A stretch of 64,000 bases of DNA from Clostridia bacterium. Its GTDB lineage: Bacteria; Bacillota; Clostridia; CAKSNL01; HGM11501. Every line of letters starts with the position of its first letter. Position 1 is the stretch's first letter. The stretch spans positions 33,287 to 97,286 of the forward strand of contig JAZQAZ010000034.1 of the NCBI GenBank assembly GCA_045545475.1, in the 5' to 3' direction. Positions 9,995 through 19,194 of this stretch are shown piece by piece. Position numbers and translations under genes: made by a program. Below the pieces are notes generated by a model. The model did no database searches and was not told the DNA's origin. It saw only the letters and a list, made by a program, of their open reading frames with translations.

Positions 9995-11194
9995 TTACTT
10001 TAATTCTCTTGCACCATCGCCGATATCGAAGATGTAGAAGGATGCTTCATAGCCGATTTTTTCCTTATAAATCTTACCAACGGTTTCGATGAAATTATCT
10101 ATCGCATCATTTTTAACAATGCTTACTGTGCATCCGCCAAAGCCTGCACCTGTCATTCTGCTTCCGATTACGCCATCTACCTTCTGTGCGGTCTCAGCCA
10201 GGGTGTCAAGCTCAACGCCCGTTACCTCGTATAAATCCTTTAAGGAAGCGTGGGATTGATTTAAATACTGACCGAAGGTGGCAATGTCGCCTTTCTTTAA
10301 GGCTTCAACGCTCTTTAATACTCTGTCATCCTCGTAAATTACGTGGGTAACTCTGTTTTTAACGATTTCGTCCTTAATTACATCTTTGTGAGCTTCAAAC
10401 TCCGCAGGTGTGATTTCACCGAGGCAGGTTTTTTCGGGCATCACTTCGTGTAAAAGACGGAAGCCTTCCTCGCACTGACTTCTTCGCTCGTTGTATGCCG
10501 ATGCGCCAAGCTTGTGCTTTTTGTTGGTGTTGGAAAGAACCAACTTGCAGTCGCCGATTTCAGCGGGAACCATTTCACACTCCAATGTATCGCACTTTAA
10601 GAACATGGCCATGTTCTTAACACCGTTTGCCGATGCAAACTGGTCCATAATACCGCAGTTTACGCCGACATACTTGTTCTCGGCACGCTGTCCGATTAAG
10701 GCAAGCTCGGTTTTGTTAGCTTCTTTTCCGCCCATCTCGCCTGAGAAGGTGGAGAAAATCTTTGCTGTTACAACCTCGATTGCGGCAGAGGAAGAAAGAC
10801 CGCTTCCGTGGGGAACGCTGTCCTCATAGAGTAAGTCGGCACCCGTTAAAATGTAGCCGTCCTTCATAAGCTCGCAGAGTACGCCTGCCTGATAGTTGCC
10901 GTAGTCAATGTCCTTGTAGTCGCCGATTTTGTCAAGGTCAAGGGTTACGATTCCGTCTAAATCCGTTGCCTTTAAGCGTACAATTCTGTCCGCTCTTTTT
11001 CTTACCGCAACGGTGCTTTCTGCGGAAATTGCCGCAGGGAAAACGAAACCTCCGTTATAGTCGGTGTGTTCGCCTATCAAATTAACTCGTCCGGGAGAAG
11101 CGAAAAAACGGATTTCGCCGCCCTCACCGTAGATTTTTTCAAACTCTTTTTTAAGTGCACATAAATCTGCCATAAAAATCATCCTTTCGATCAT
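9995..11194 (-). CDS. galK: galactokinase
   Basis: GRVNLIGEHTDYNGG GHMP-kinase/galactokinase signature near N-terminus; 399 aa. Confidence 0.9.
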   Translation of the reverse strand: MIERMIFMADLCALKKEFEKIYGEGGEIRFFASPGRVNLIGEHTDYNGGFVFPAAISAESTVAVRKRADRIVRLKATDLDGIVTLDLDKIGDYKDIDYGNYQAGVLCELMKDGYILTGADLLYEDSVPHGSGLSSSAAIEVVTAKIFSTFSGEMGGKEANKTELALIGQRAENKYVGVNCGIMDQFASANGVKNMAMFLKCDTLECEMVPAEIGDCKLVLSNTNKKHKLGASAYNERRSQCEEGFRLLHEVMPEKTCLGEITPAEFEAHKDVIKDEIVKNRVTHVIYEDDRVLKSVEALKKGDIATFGQYLNQSHASLKDLYEVTGVELDTLAETAQKVDGVIGSRMTGAGFGGCTVSIVKNDAIDNFIETVGKIYKEKIGYEASFYIFDIGDGARELK

Positions 11195-11235
11195 TTGCTT
11201 TATATTCTATCATAAAACAAGATGATTTACAAGAA

Positions 11236-12768
11236 TTAATTTCTGAAATCAAAAGAAAGTGTGTTTCCGTCGGACTTGATTTCTTTCTCTGAAACGGCAC
11301 AGCCACAGGTAAGCTTAACCTTGTATGAAACGCCCGAAAAGGAAAGTGTAAGTTCCTTTTCGCTTACACTTTTCACTTCATAGGAATGGGGGCATTCGAT
11401 GCCGATTGCATTTTTAAGTGTAAAGGGCATTTTGCCTTCAATTTTCATGCCGCTTTCCGTGAGAGTAATCGTAATGTCTGAAAATTCAGCTTTGGCAGAG
11501 CCGTTGCTCAAATCTGTAAATTTCATTTCGCTATTTTCGGGAAAGCTTCCGTCTTCAAATGTAATAAATCCGCCTGCTCTCACGCCTTTCCCGGTAAAGC
11601 GACAGCCGTCAATAAAGGGAAGTGCCTCGTAAGTTGCACAGTTTTCGGTGCATACGGAATCAAGGAAGGGGTCTTTAAGGCTGTCAGAATAAATGTGAAG
11701 ATCGCGGATACGTACGCCTTTTTCGTCGGAATAAATATTAACTCTGAAAAATTTGCTTGAATACCAGAGGGAATTTTTGCCCTCGTCGTCAAAAGCAGTG
11801 TGCGCCGTAATTGCCGAGGCGGGAGTGTCGGAAAAGGTTTTTTTATACCATCTGCCCGTTTCGCCTGCTGTTTCAACGGTGATTTTTCCCTCCCTCTGAA
11901 GCTTTTCAAAAAGCGGGAACTGATAATTAAGCCCATCTTTCATTTTGCTCCAGCCGAAGGAATTTTCCTGACCTGCCTGGGTATAGCCAAAGGAAAGACA
12001 GTCGCCGTTAAAGTTTTCCTTCATATACCAGTCAATCCATTTTGGGTTTCCGCCGCATCCGGGATATACAGGCTCTAAAGAGATAACGTCCTGGCGATTG
12101 TAGCTTTCTGCATTTTCATCAAGCTTGTAGTCATATTGATAAACAGGGTCCGATCCCAGCATTCTGAATAGGGGCACCGGCAGCATATTTTCCTTATTTA
12201 CAGCAGGAAGGAACACGTTTTTGCGGTTGGGATAATAGCCCTGACCGTAGTATCCGCCCCAGAGGGTGTATCCGTCGGTGCCGAACTGCTCTTTACAGTT
12301 CATAAAAGCATCAATGCCGTAGTGCTCGTTGGCATATACTGCCGTGTGGGAATCAAAAAGCCAGGAGCCGAAGGTTTTGGGATAGCAGCCAAAAACCTCG
12401 TGGAATTTTGAGAAAAGTACATCGATGAGCTTTTCGCGTTCTTCTTTTGTGTAGCCCACGGAAAAGCCTGTATCTGTGTGCCAGTCCCAGGAATAGCGTC
12501 CGCGCCATGTAAGATTTGCCGCTTCAACGTGGGGCTGGGTGATTTCATACCAAACGCCGATTTCAAACTGACCGGGGTCAAGCTCCTTTAAAAGATCCTG
12601 ATAAAAGGGCATAATCAGTGCATCATACTGAAGCAGAAAGGTTGCCTTTAAATTGTGCTTTTTAAGAAGAGAAATCTGTTCCTTTACGGGAGTTTCCAGA
12701 TCCATGGGAAGACGTGGTTCAACGGCTCTTATAAAGTTTACTATATTTACAATTTGTCTTTTTTTCAT
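11236..12768 (-). CDS. hypothetical ~510-aa protein, possibly carbohydrate-active (operonic with galK)
   Basis: ORF track start at 12966 trimmed to ATG at 12768 (MKKRQIV..., RBS GGAGAC); no family recognised by eye; Trp/Tyr/Gly-rich like glycan-binding enzymes. Confidence 0.45.
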   Translation of the reverse strand: MKKRQIVNIVNFIRAVEPRLPMDLETPVKEQISLLKKHNLKATFLLQYDALIMPFYQDLLKELDPGQFEIGVWYEITQPHVEAANLTWRGRYSWDWHTDTGFSVGYTKEEREKLIDVLFSKFHEVFGCYPKTFGSWLFDSHTAVYANEHYGIDAFMNCKEQFGTDGYTLWGGYYGQGYYPNRKNVFLPAVNKENMLPVPLFRMLGSDPVYQYDYKLDENAESYNRQDVISLEPVYPGCGGNPKWIDWYMKENFNGDCLSFGYTQAGQENSFGWSKMKDGLNYQFPLFEKLQREGKITVETAGETGRWYKKTFSDTPASAITAHTAFDDEGKNSLWYSSKFFRVNIYSDEKGVRIRDLHIYSDSLKDPFLDSVCTENCATYEALPFIDGCRFTGKGVRAGGFITFEDGSFPENSEMKFTDLSNGSAKAEFSDITITLTESGMKIEGKMPFTLKNAIGIECPHSYEVKSVSEKELTLSFSGVSYKVKLTCGCAVSEKEIKSDGNTLSFDFRN

Positions 12769-12964
12769 AAAAAAGTCTCCTTTTCCATTTTTTGCGATTA
12801 TACTGCCGCTCGCATAAAAAGTCAACCGAAAACAGAGAATTGTGTTATTAAATTTAATTTTGTACGATTTTATAATTTTAAAATGTACTTGTATAAAATG
12901 GGAAATTGATGTATAATGAATAAAATATGCAGAGAATGCATTTTGCAAAAAAGGAGGGAGAACC

Positions 12965-13648
12965 ATGCTTCTTGAAGATGAAAAAATTGAAGAGCTTGGG
13001 ATTGAAGGCTTAAGGCTTATTCAATCGGACAAGCTTTTTAAGTACGGCACTGATGCGGTGCTTCTTTCAAAATTCGCCAAGGTGAAAAAAGGTGGCGAGG
13101 TTTTGGACTTTTGCACAGGAAGCGGAATAATTCCTCTCCTTATGTATGCCCGAAACAAGGAATGCTCCTTCGATGCCCTTGAAATAACGGAAAAAGCCTC
13201 GGATATGGCAAGGCGGAGTATGGAATTAAATAACCTTTCCGATAAAATAAAGGTAACAAAGGGCGATATCAAAAACGCCCGTGAAATTTATAAGGGCAGA
13301 CAGTTTGATTTAATAACCTGCAATCCCCCTTATATGGATGCAGGGGGAGGTTTAGTTAATCCCGACACGGATAAAGCCTGTGCAAGGCATGAAATTTTCT
13401 GCACGCTGGAGGATGTAATAAGGGAAGCATCCCACTTAGTGCGTCCCGGCGGATTTTTCTCAATGGTGCATCGTCCACGCCGCTTAACCGACATAATGTG
13501 CTTTATGAGAGAGTATAAGTTAGAGCCGAAACGCCTCACCTTCGTGGCAGACTCACCGGGTAAAGAGCCTGATATGATTTTGATTGAAGGTTTGAAATGC
13601 GGCGGAAAGTTCTTGAAAACAGACATCCTCTATTTAAAGGAGAATTGA
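12965..13648 (+). CDS. tRNA (adenine-N6)-methyltransferase-like (TrmN6/YfiC family)
   Basis: SAM-binding LDFCTGSGIIPL and N6-adenine MTase motif NPPY. Confidence 0.7.
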   Translation: MLLEDEKIEELGIEGLRLIQSDKLFKYGTDAVLLSKFAKVKKGGEVLDFCTGSGIIPLLMYARNKECSFDALEITEKASDMARRSMELNNLSDKIKVTKGDIKNAREIYKGRQFDLITCNPPYMDAGGGLVNPDTDKACARHEIFCTLEDVIREASHLVRPGGFFSMVHRPRRLTDIMCFMREYKLEPKRLTFVADSPGKEPDMILIEGLKCGGKFLKTDILYLKEN

Positions 13649-13649
13649 T

Positions 13650-14486
13650 ATGGCAGGAAAACTTTATTTATGTGCAACACCCATCGGAAATTTGTCCGAT
13701 ATTACTCTTCGCTGTTTAGAAGTTCTGGAATCGGTTGACTTAATTGCGGCGGAGGATACAAGGCACACCTTAAAATTACTTAACCATTTTGAAATTACAA
13801 AGCCATTAACCAGCTACTATGAGCATAACCGAAAGGAAAAAGGCTATATGCTGGCAGATGAAATACTGGCAGGTAAAAATATCGCCCTGGTTTCCGATGC
13901 GGGCACTCCCGCAATCAGCGACCCCGGCGAGGATCTGGTTGCAATATGCATAGAAAAGGGGATTGATGTTGTCCCCGTTCCCGGATGCGTTGCGGCTATA
14001 AATGCTTTAATCGGAAGCGGTATGCCCACGGGCAGATTTTGCTTCGAAGGCTTTTTAAGCGTAAACAAGCAAAGCAGAAAAGAGCATTTAGAGGCGATAA
14101 AAGACGAAACAAGAACGATGATTTTCTACGAAGCTCCCCATAAATTACTTGCTACATTAAAGGATTTTGAAAAGGTGTTCGGTGGTGACCGCAGAATTTC
14201 CCTTTGCCGTGAGCTTACTAAAATCCACGAGGAATATGTAAGGCTTACTGTTTCCGAGGCAATAGCTAAATATGAAGAAACGCCCCCAAAGGGAGAGTTT
14301 GTGCTGGTGGTATCGGGGGCAGAGGAAAAAATCGAGGACTTTTCATCCTTGTCCATATCAGACCACGTTGAAATGTATATAAACGAAGGTTTATCTGAAA
14401 AGGACGCCATGAAGGCGGTTGCAAAGGACAGAGGAATTAAAAAAAGCGATATATACGCAGAATATAAATTAGGGAAGTGCGACTAA
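13650..14486 (+). CDS. rsmI: 16S rRNA (cytidine1402-2'-O)-methyltransferase
   Basis: MAGKLYLCATPIGNLSDITLRCLEVL tetrapyrrole-methylase-like N-terminus typical of RsmI. Confidence 0.88.
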   Translation: MAGKLYLCATPIGNLSDITLRCLEVLESVDLIAAEDTRHTLKLLNHFEITKPLTSYYEHNRKEKGYMLADEILAGKNIALVSDAGTPAISDPGEDLVAICIEKGIDVVPVPGCVAAINALIGSGMPTGRFCFEGFLSVNKQSRKEHLEAIKDETRTMIFYEAPHKLLATLKDFEKVFGGDRRISLCRELTKIHEEYVRLTVSEAIAKYEETPPKGEFVLVVSGAEEKIEDFSSLSISDHVEMYINEGLSEKDAMKAVAKDRGIKKSDIYAEYKLGKCD

Positions 14487-15133
14487 TGGAAAAGACAAGA
14501 ATGATTTTCGTCCGCCACGGCGAAAGCGAAGGAAATAAGGTACACGCCTTTTTGGGCCATTCCGATGCCAATCTTTCGGAAAAGGGACACCTTCAGGCGG
14601 AAAAGACAGCGGAATACTTAAAAAACGAAAAAATTGACGCGTTTTATTCAAGTGACCTAAAGAGAGCCTATCAGACGGGCTGTCACATCGCAGGCCGTCA
14701 CGGATGTGCACCCATTCCGGATGAGCAGCTTCGTGAGGTTTTTGCAGGTGAGTGGGAATGGAAAAAGTTTGAGGATTTATTAATAGAATATCCCGTAAGC
14801 TTCGGCATATGGAAGGATAACGTGGGCGAGGCACACCCCGACGGGGGCGAGGCGGTAAGTCACCTTTATGACAGAATTATAAAAAGGGTTTGGGAAATTG
14901 CAAGGGAAAACCTTGGCAAAACCGTTTTAATCACGTCCCACGCAACGCCGATCCGTGCCCTTCGCGCCTATTGGGAAGGCTTGCCCGCCGGGGATATGAA
15001 GCTTTTCCCCTGGGCAAGCAATGCTTCGGTTTCAATTGCAGATTACTATGAGGATGGTCACATTGAGCTTGTATGCTACAGCGACGATTCTTTTATGGGG
15101 GATATTGCAACAGCATTACCCAAGAATGTGTAA
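14477..15133 (+). CDS. histidine phosphatase family protein (phosphoglycerate mutase-like)
   Basis: RHGES...G catalytic motif (IFVRHGESEGN) and SHATPIRAL. Confidence 0.7.
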   Translation: MRLMEKTRMIFVRHGESEGNKVHAFLGHSDANLSEKGHLQAEKTAEYLKNEKIDAFYSSDLKRAYQTGCHIAGRHGCAPIPDEQLREVFAGEWEWKKFEDLLIEYPVSFGIWKDNVGEAHPDGGEAVSHLYDRIIKRVWEIARENLGKTVLITSHATPIRALRAYWEGLPAGDMKLFPWASNASVSIADYYEDGHIELVCYSDDSFMGDIATALPKNV

Positions 15134-15220
15134 GGGAAAAATTTTCACTTGTCAACGTCAGCGGCGAATATTTCCTGTTTGTAATGCTCTTTATGATATT
15201 AAGAAAATCAATAAGAACAT

Positions 15221-15472
15221 ATGAAAGGACACAGAATGATTGATAAGAAAAAAATCGAGGAATTGTTCAATTACAGTGCAACTATTCCTCTGAACAATGA
15301 AGGACTTAGAAAAGAATATAGGAAGAATTTGTTGTCGGAACTTGGAGAAAACAAGGAAGAGGTTATCCTTTTTATCTCGAATGCAGACGATGACACACGT
15401 TTTATGCTGGATGAAATCTATGAGGAACTGGCTGAGAAGTTTGGCGAAGAGATTGATGATGTGTTGTATTAA
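15221..15472 (+). CDS. small acidic hypothetical protein
   Basis: 83-aa ORF, no recognisable family. Confidence 0.3.
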   Translation: MKGHRMIDKKKIEELFNYSATIPLNNEGLRKEYRKNLLSELGENKEEVILFISNADDDTRFMLDEIYEELAEKFGEEIDDVLY

Positions 15473-15536
15473 AAATTAGAACCTCAAAAGCTTCTCGCAG
15501 GCTATTACTTTGAAGGAACAAAGATGAAACAAAGGG

Positions 15537-15812
15537 GTGCTATTTTTGAACAGTACAGTATTCACGGTTTTTGTTTTACCTTATTTTATCGGAATAATTA
15601 TAAGACTGATATTTGTTAAGTGGAAAAAAGGATATATTTTAACGGGAGCTTTTGCTGCTCTCTCGGTTATAGCGTGGATATGGACAAAGCACCTTACAAA
15701 TCACGGAGTTGACGGAACTGTAATGCTTTGGGCTTTGATGATGACAGAGCTTACTGTGGGGGCCTTGATTACAGGCGTAATAAGGCTTTTAATAAAAAAG
15801 CTAAAGCGTTAA
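15537..15812 (+). CDS. small membrane protein, unknown
   Basis: 91 aa, three hydrophobic helices; followed by hairpin+T-run. Confidence 0.35.
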   Translation: MLFLNSTVFTVFVLPYFIGIIIRLIFVKWKKGYILTGAFAALSVIAWIWTKHLTNHGVDGTVMLWALMMTELTVGALITGVIRLLIKKLKR

Positions 15813-15828
15813 AAATGCTTTAGCTATC

Positions 15829-15862
15829 GGCATAACGCTTTGGCGTTGTGCCTTTTATTTTT
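15829..15862. repeat. 34-nt direct repeat copy A (ggcataacgctttggcgttgtgccttttattttt); second copy at 16407-16440
   Basis: Exact 34/34 identity; copy B encodes the C-terminus ...KGTTPKRYANDI* of the AraC gene on the minus strand, copy A is a non-coding relic (KGTTPKRYADS*). Confidence 0.8.
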
Positions 15863-16358
15863 ATGTATCGGATAACATGTTGCATATGTCTCTGACAATA
15901 TCATCAATATTTTTTTCTGCTGTAATAGGTGTTTCGTTCAACACATCGGAAAAATCTTTTTCGCGCCACCATCTGCGCATATCTTCCTCACCAAATTCAT
16001 GGCAATTGGATTTTGTCTGATGTCTCTTCAAAGTTTCCTCGAAAGGTAAATCAAAATAGAAAGCGTATATTTCCGAATTATATAGTTTATTGGAGAGTTC
16101 AAATAATGGCTTATACCAATCTGCATTCATTATTCCTTCCAATATAACGATATCGCAATGCTTGTGACCGTATATCAAAAGTTCTTTCATAAGCGGCAGT
16201 GCGAGGGTGTTTTCGCCATCTTTAACTTTAAGCATATCTCTTCTTATTACATCCTGCGAAATAAGCATAGTATTAAATCCGAATCTGTCTTGTAATTCTC
16301 TCGCAATCGTGGATTTTCCGCTGCCTGAATTACCTCGGAGTATAATTAATTTTTTCAT
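15861..16358 (-). CDS. P-loop kinase/NTPase (AAA_33 / zeta-toxin-like small kinase fold)
   Basis: Walker A LRGNSGSGKSTIAREL at N-terminus, Walker B-like DIVILEG; 165 aa. Confidence 0.65.
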   Translation of the reverse strand: MKKLIILRGNSGSGKSTIARELQDRFGFNTMLISQDVIRRDMLKVKDGENTLALPLMKELLIYGHKHCDIVILEGIMNADWYKPLFELSNKLYNSEIYAFYFDLPFEETLKRHQTKSNCHEFGEEDMRRWWREKDFSDVLNETPITAEKNIDDIVRDICNMLSDT

Positions 16359-16394
16359 ATTTACACCTCTATGAAAATTTATAATTCTATCTGC

Positions 16395-17216
16395 CTAAAT
16401 ATCATTGGCATAACGCTTTGGCGTTGTGCCTTTTATTTTTTTAAAAAGCTGAACGAAATAGGGAACGTCGGAAAAGCCTGAGCCTTCCGCCGCTTCCGAC
16501 ACGGAAGAGCCGTTTTTAAGCATCTTGCATGCCTCGGAAATCCTTACCCCGTTAAGATAGGAAAGGTATGTAATTCCCGCACTTTCCCGAAACTTTGTGC
16601 AGAAATAAAACTTACTGTAGCCCATTTTTTCCGCTATGTCGGAAATAGAAATTTTCTCACGGAAATGAAGCTTGGTATAGTTTATAATTTCCCGAAGCTC
16701 ACTTTCGTCAAAGGCGTTACCCGATGGGAGAACTTCCTCACGGCTGAAGGTGCGAAGATGAGAAAAAAGGGATACGGCAATGCTTGTTGCCGAAAATATA
16801 TCTTCGGCTTTTGCCAAAGCGTTCACAATGGGCAAAATTTCATCAAAGCAGTCGGGATTTACGTCAATTGACATAAGGCTTTTTCCCTCGGATGCCAAAA
16901 GTGCCTCAAAGCTCAAAAAGGGCGAAAAGCCCTCGGGGGAAAGCTTTACGTTTAAGAGATTACCGCTGCTTTTTTTATAGCTCATTGAATGAACTGTTTC
17001 CGGCGGAATATAAAAAACCTGATTGCCCGACAGCTTATAGCGGTGTCCTCCTATAATCACCTCGCCCGTCGCCCCTGAAAAAAGCAAAATCTCAACAGTT
17101 TCCGCATAGTGGGGTGCGACAAGCTCATCACGGTCAAAGGTCGTATAAATCACCGAAAAAGGTATGCTTTTTGAAAAATCTTTATGCTCTTTAAAAGCGG
17201 TGAAAATATTGTTCAT
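16395..17216 (-). CDS. AraC family transcriptional regulator
   Basis: Cupin-like N-terminal half and C-terminal HTH (YLSYLNGVRISEACKMLKN...PYFVQLFKKIKGTTPKRY). Confidence 0.8.
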   Translation of the reverse strand: MNNIFTAFKEHKDFSKSIPFSVIYTTFDRDELVAPHYAETVEILLFSGATGEVIIGGHRYKLSGNQVFYIPPETVHSMSYKKSSGNLLNVKLSPEGFSPFLSFEALLASEGKSLMSIDVNPDCFDEILPIVNALAKAEDIFSATSIAVSLFSHLRTFSREEVLPSGNAFDESELREIINYTKLHFREKISISDIAEKMGYSKFYFCTKFRESAGITYLSYLNGVRISEACKMLKNGSSVSEAAEGSGFSDVPYFVQLFKKIKGTTPKRYANDI

Positions 17217-17323
17217 AGCCCCATTATATATTAAATAACAAAATATTGCAACATTTTTCCTTAATATTTCCCATTGAAACGGGACTTTTTTCGCACTATA
17301 ATATAATAAAAGGAGGTTTTATT

Positions 17324-18427
17324 ATGATTAAAGCTGTAATTATTGGTTGTGCACATATGCACGTTAACGAAATTGCCTTATATATAACCGAGGCGGAGGG
17401 GATAAATCTGGTTGCCGCCGCCGACCTTGTGCCGGATACCGCAGAAATCGTAAAGGCGAGATACACAAGGGACTGGAATAAGGAAAACATTAAAAATAAC
17501 TATTGTGACAACATTTACGACGACTATATTAAAATGCTTGATACTGAAAAGCCTGACTGGGCGTTTATCTTAACGGAGAACAAAAACAAGCCTGCCGTGG
17601 TGGAAGAGTGTGCAAAAAGGGGAATTAACGTAAGCATCGAAAAGCCCATTGCCGTAAGCTATGAAGAGGCATTAAAAATCGAAGAATCCGTTAATAAGTA
17701 CGACATCGAGGCAATTGTAAACTGGCCCGTAATCTGGCGCCCCTATATGTATGAAATGATAAATGCATATAGACTCGGTCTGGTGGGAGACCTTAAAAAG
17801 CTTTACTACATAAACGGTCACACAGGCCCCCTTGGTGCAGGTGCAAAGCACAGAGGCGTTTCCGACACCGCCGAGGAAATGACGGACGAGGCAAGAAGCA
17901 AAACCTGGTGGTATCAGAAGAATCAGGGCGGCGGTGCCATCCTTGACATTCTGTGCTACGGTGCAATGTATTCTGCACTATTACAGGAAGGCGATGCAAA
18001 AAGCGTTTATGCCTATTCCGACAACTTAAATACGCCCTACTCCGATGCGGAGGACAACGTGAGTGCGGTAATCAAATACGATAACACCTACACCGTTGCC
18101 GAGGGAACATGGACAATTCCTCAGCTTGTTCTTCCTGGCGGCCCCGTACTTATGTGCGAAAAGGGTGCAATTTACACTAAAAAGGAAGACGGTGTATGCA
18201 CCGTTCTCGCTGTTGATATGTACGGAAATCCCTTGGAAATTCCCAAATGCGAATTTCCAAAGTATATGAAAAACATTGCAGAGCATCTTACTTATGTAAA
18301 GAAAACGGGTTCGCCCCTTACAAAGGAAGTAACCCTTTCACAGAATATGAAGGTTATGGCAATTTTAGATGCGGCGAAAAAATCCACCGAATCGGGATGC
18401 GAGGAAAAGGTAGTATGCAGACCGTAA
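17324..18427 (+). CDS. Gfo/Idh/MocA family NAD(P)-dependent oxidoreductase
   Basis: Start trimmed to MIKAVIIGCAHMH (RBS AGGAGG); EKP motif (SIEKPIAVS) of Gfo/Idh/MocA. Confidence 0.78.
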   Translation: MIKAVIIGCAHMHVNEIALYITEAEGINLVAAADLVPDTAEIVKARYTRDWNKENIKNNYCDNIYDDYIKMLDTEKPDWAFILTENKNKPAVVEECAKRGINVSIEKPIAVSYEEALKIEESVNKYDIEAIVNWPVIWRPYMYEMINAYRLGLVGDLKKLYYINGHTGPLGAGAKHRGVSDTAEEMTDEARSKTWWYQKNQGGGAILDILCYGAMYSALLQEGDAKSVYAYSDNLNTPYSDAEDNVSAVIKYDNTYTVAEGTWTIPQLVLPGGPVLMCEKGAIYTKKEDGVCTVLAVDMYGNPLEIPKCEFPKYMKNIAEHLTYVKKTGSPLTKEVTLSQNMKVMAILDAAKKSTESGCEEKVVCRP

Positions 18428-19194
18428 AAGGAATCGTCGCTGACATTCAGCGCTCATCCATCCACGACGGGCCGGGGATAAGAACCACCGTGTTCTTAAA
18501 GGGCTGTCCCTTAAACTGCAGTTGGTGTCACAACCCCGAATGTATAAAAAAAGAGCCCGAAACCCTTTTCTATCCCGAAAAGTGCATCGGCTGTAATATG
18601 TGCGATAAGGGTTGTTTTTCCGGGGCAAAAGTCATTTGCGGAAAGGAAATGACTTCTTACGAGGTTTTAGCCGAGGTTATGCTTGATAAGGCATATTATA
18701 AAAACGATGGCGGCGTCACTTTCTCGGGGGGCGAGCCTATGCTGCAAAAGGAATTTGTGGCGCACCTTTCCGACCTTTGTCACGAAAACGGAATCAACAC
18801 AGCCATTGAAACATCAATGTATATTTTCGACAGCGACGTTTTATCGAAAATGGACTACATAATGTGCGACGTTAAAATATGGGATGACGAAAAGCACAAA
18901 AAATACACCGGCGTGTCGGGCGAAAAAATAAGGGAAAACATTAAAAAAGCGGATAAGCTTGGTATCCCGATTTTAATAAGAACGCCCATAATACCGGGAA
19001 TTAATGACACGGTTGATGAAATTAAAAACATAAAAAGCTTCGTTATGTCCCTTGAAAATGCGGCAGGTTATGAGCTTTTGCCCTATCATCCGCTGGGAGA
19101 CGGGAAGAGGGCGGCGTTGGGACTTATCGCACCCGAATTTAACATTCCCGAAAAAGAAAAAATGGAGGAATTAAAAAGCTATGCTCACATATAA
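18415..19194 (+). CDS. glycyl-radical enzyme activating protein (radical SAM)
   Basis: Start trimmed to MQTVKG (overlaps upstream stop); IHDGPGIRTTVFLKGCPLNCSWCHNPE is the PflA-family cluster motif. Confidence 0.85.
   Translation: MQTVKGIVADIQRSSIHDGPGIRTTVFLKGCPLNCSWCHNPECIKKEPETLFYPEKCIGCNMCDKGCFSGAKVICGKEMTSYEVLAEVMLDKAYYKNDGGVTFSGGEPMLQKEFVAHLSDLCHENGINTAIETSMYIFDSDVLSKMDYIMCDVKIWDDEKHKKYTGVSGEKIRENIKKADKLGIPILIRTPIIPGINDTVDEIKNIKSFVMSLENAAGYELLPYHPLGDGKRAALGLIAPEFNIPEKEKMEELKSYAHI

Noticed and set aside
9488-10003. ORFs 9488-9685 (+), 9602-9955 (-), 9746-10003 (+) around the 3' end of the repeat-protein gene
   Set aside because: They are alternative-frame readings of the Pro/Glu-rich tail coding region and of the terminator, with no independent support.
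11236-12966. ORF-track N-terminal extension of the 510-aa gene (MVLPPFLQNAFSAYFIHYTSI...)
   Set aside because: The extension reads through the divergent promoter region and lacks an RBS. ATG at 12768 with GGAGAC RBS is the plausible start. The starts of 17246, 18247, 26141, 30444, 43468, 44137, 56708 and 57927 were trimmed for the same reason.
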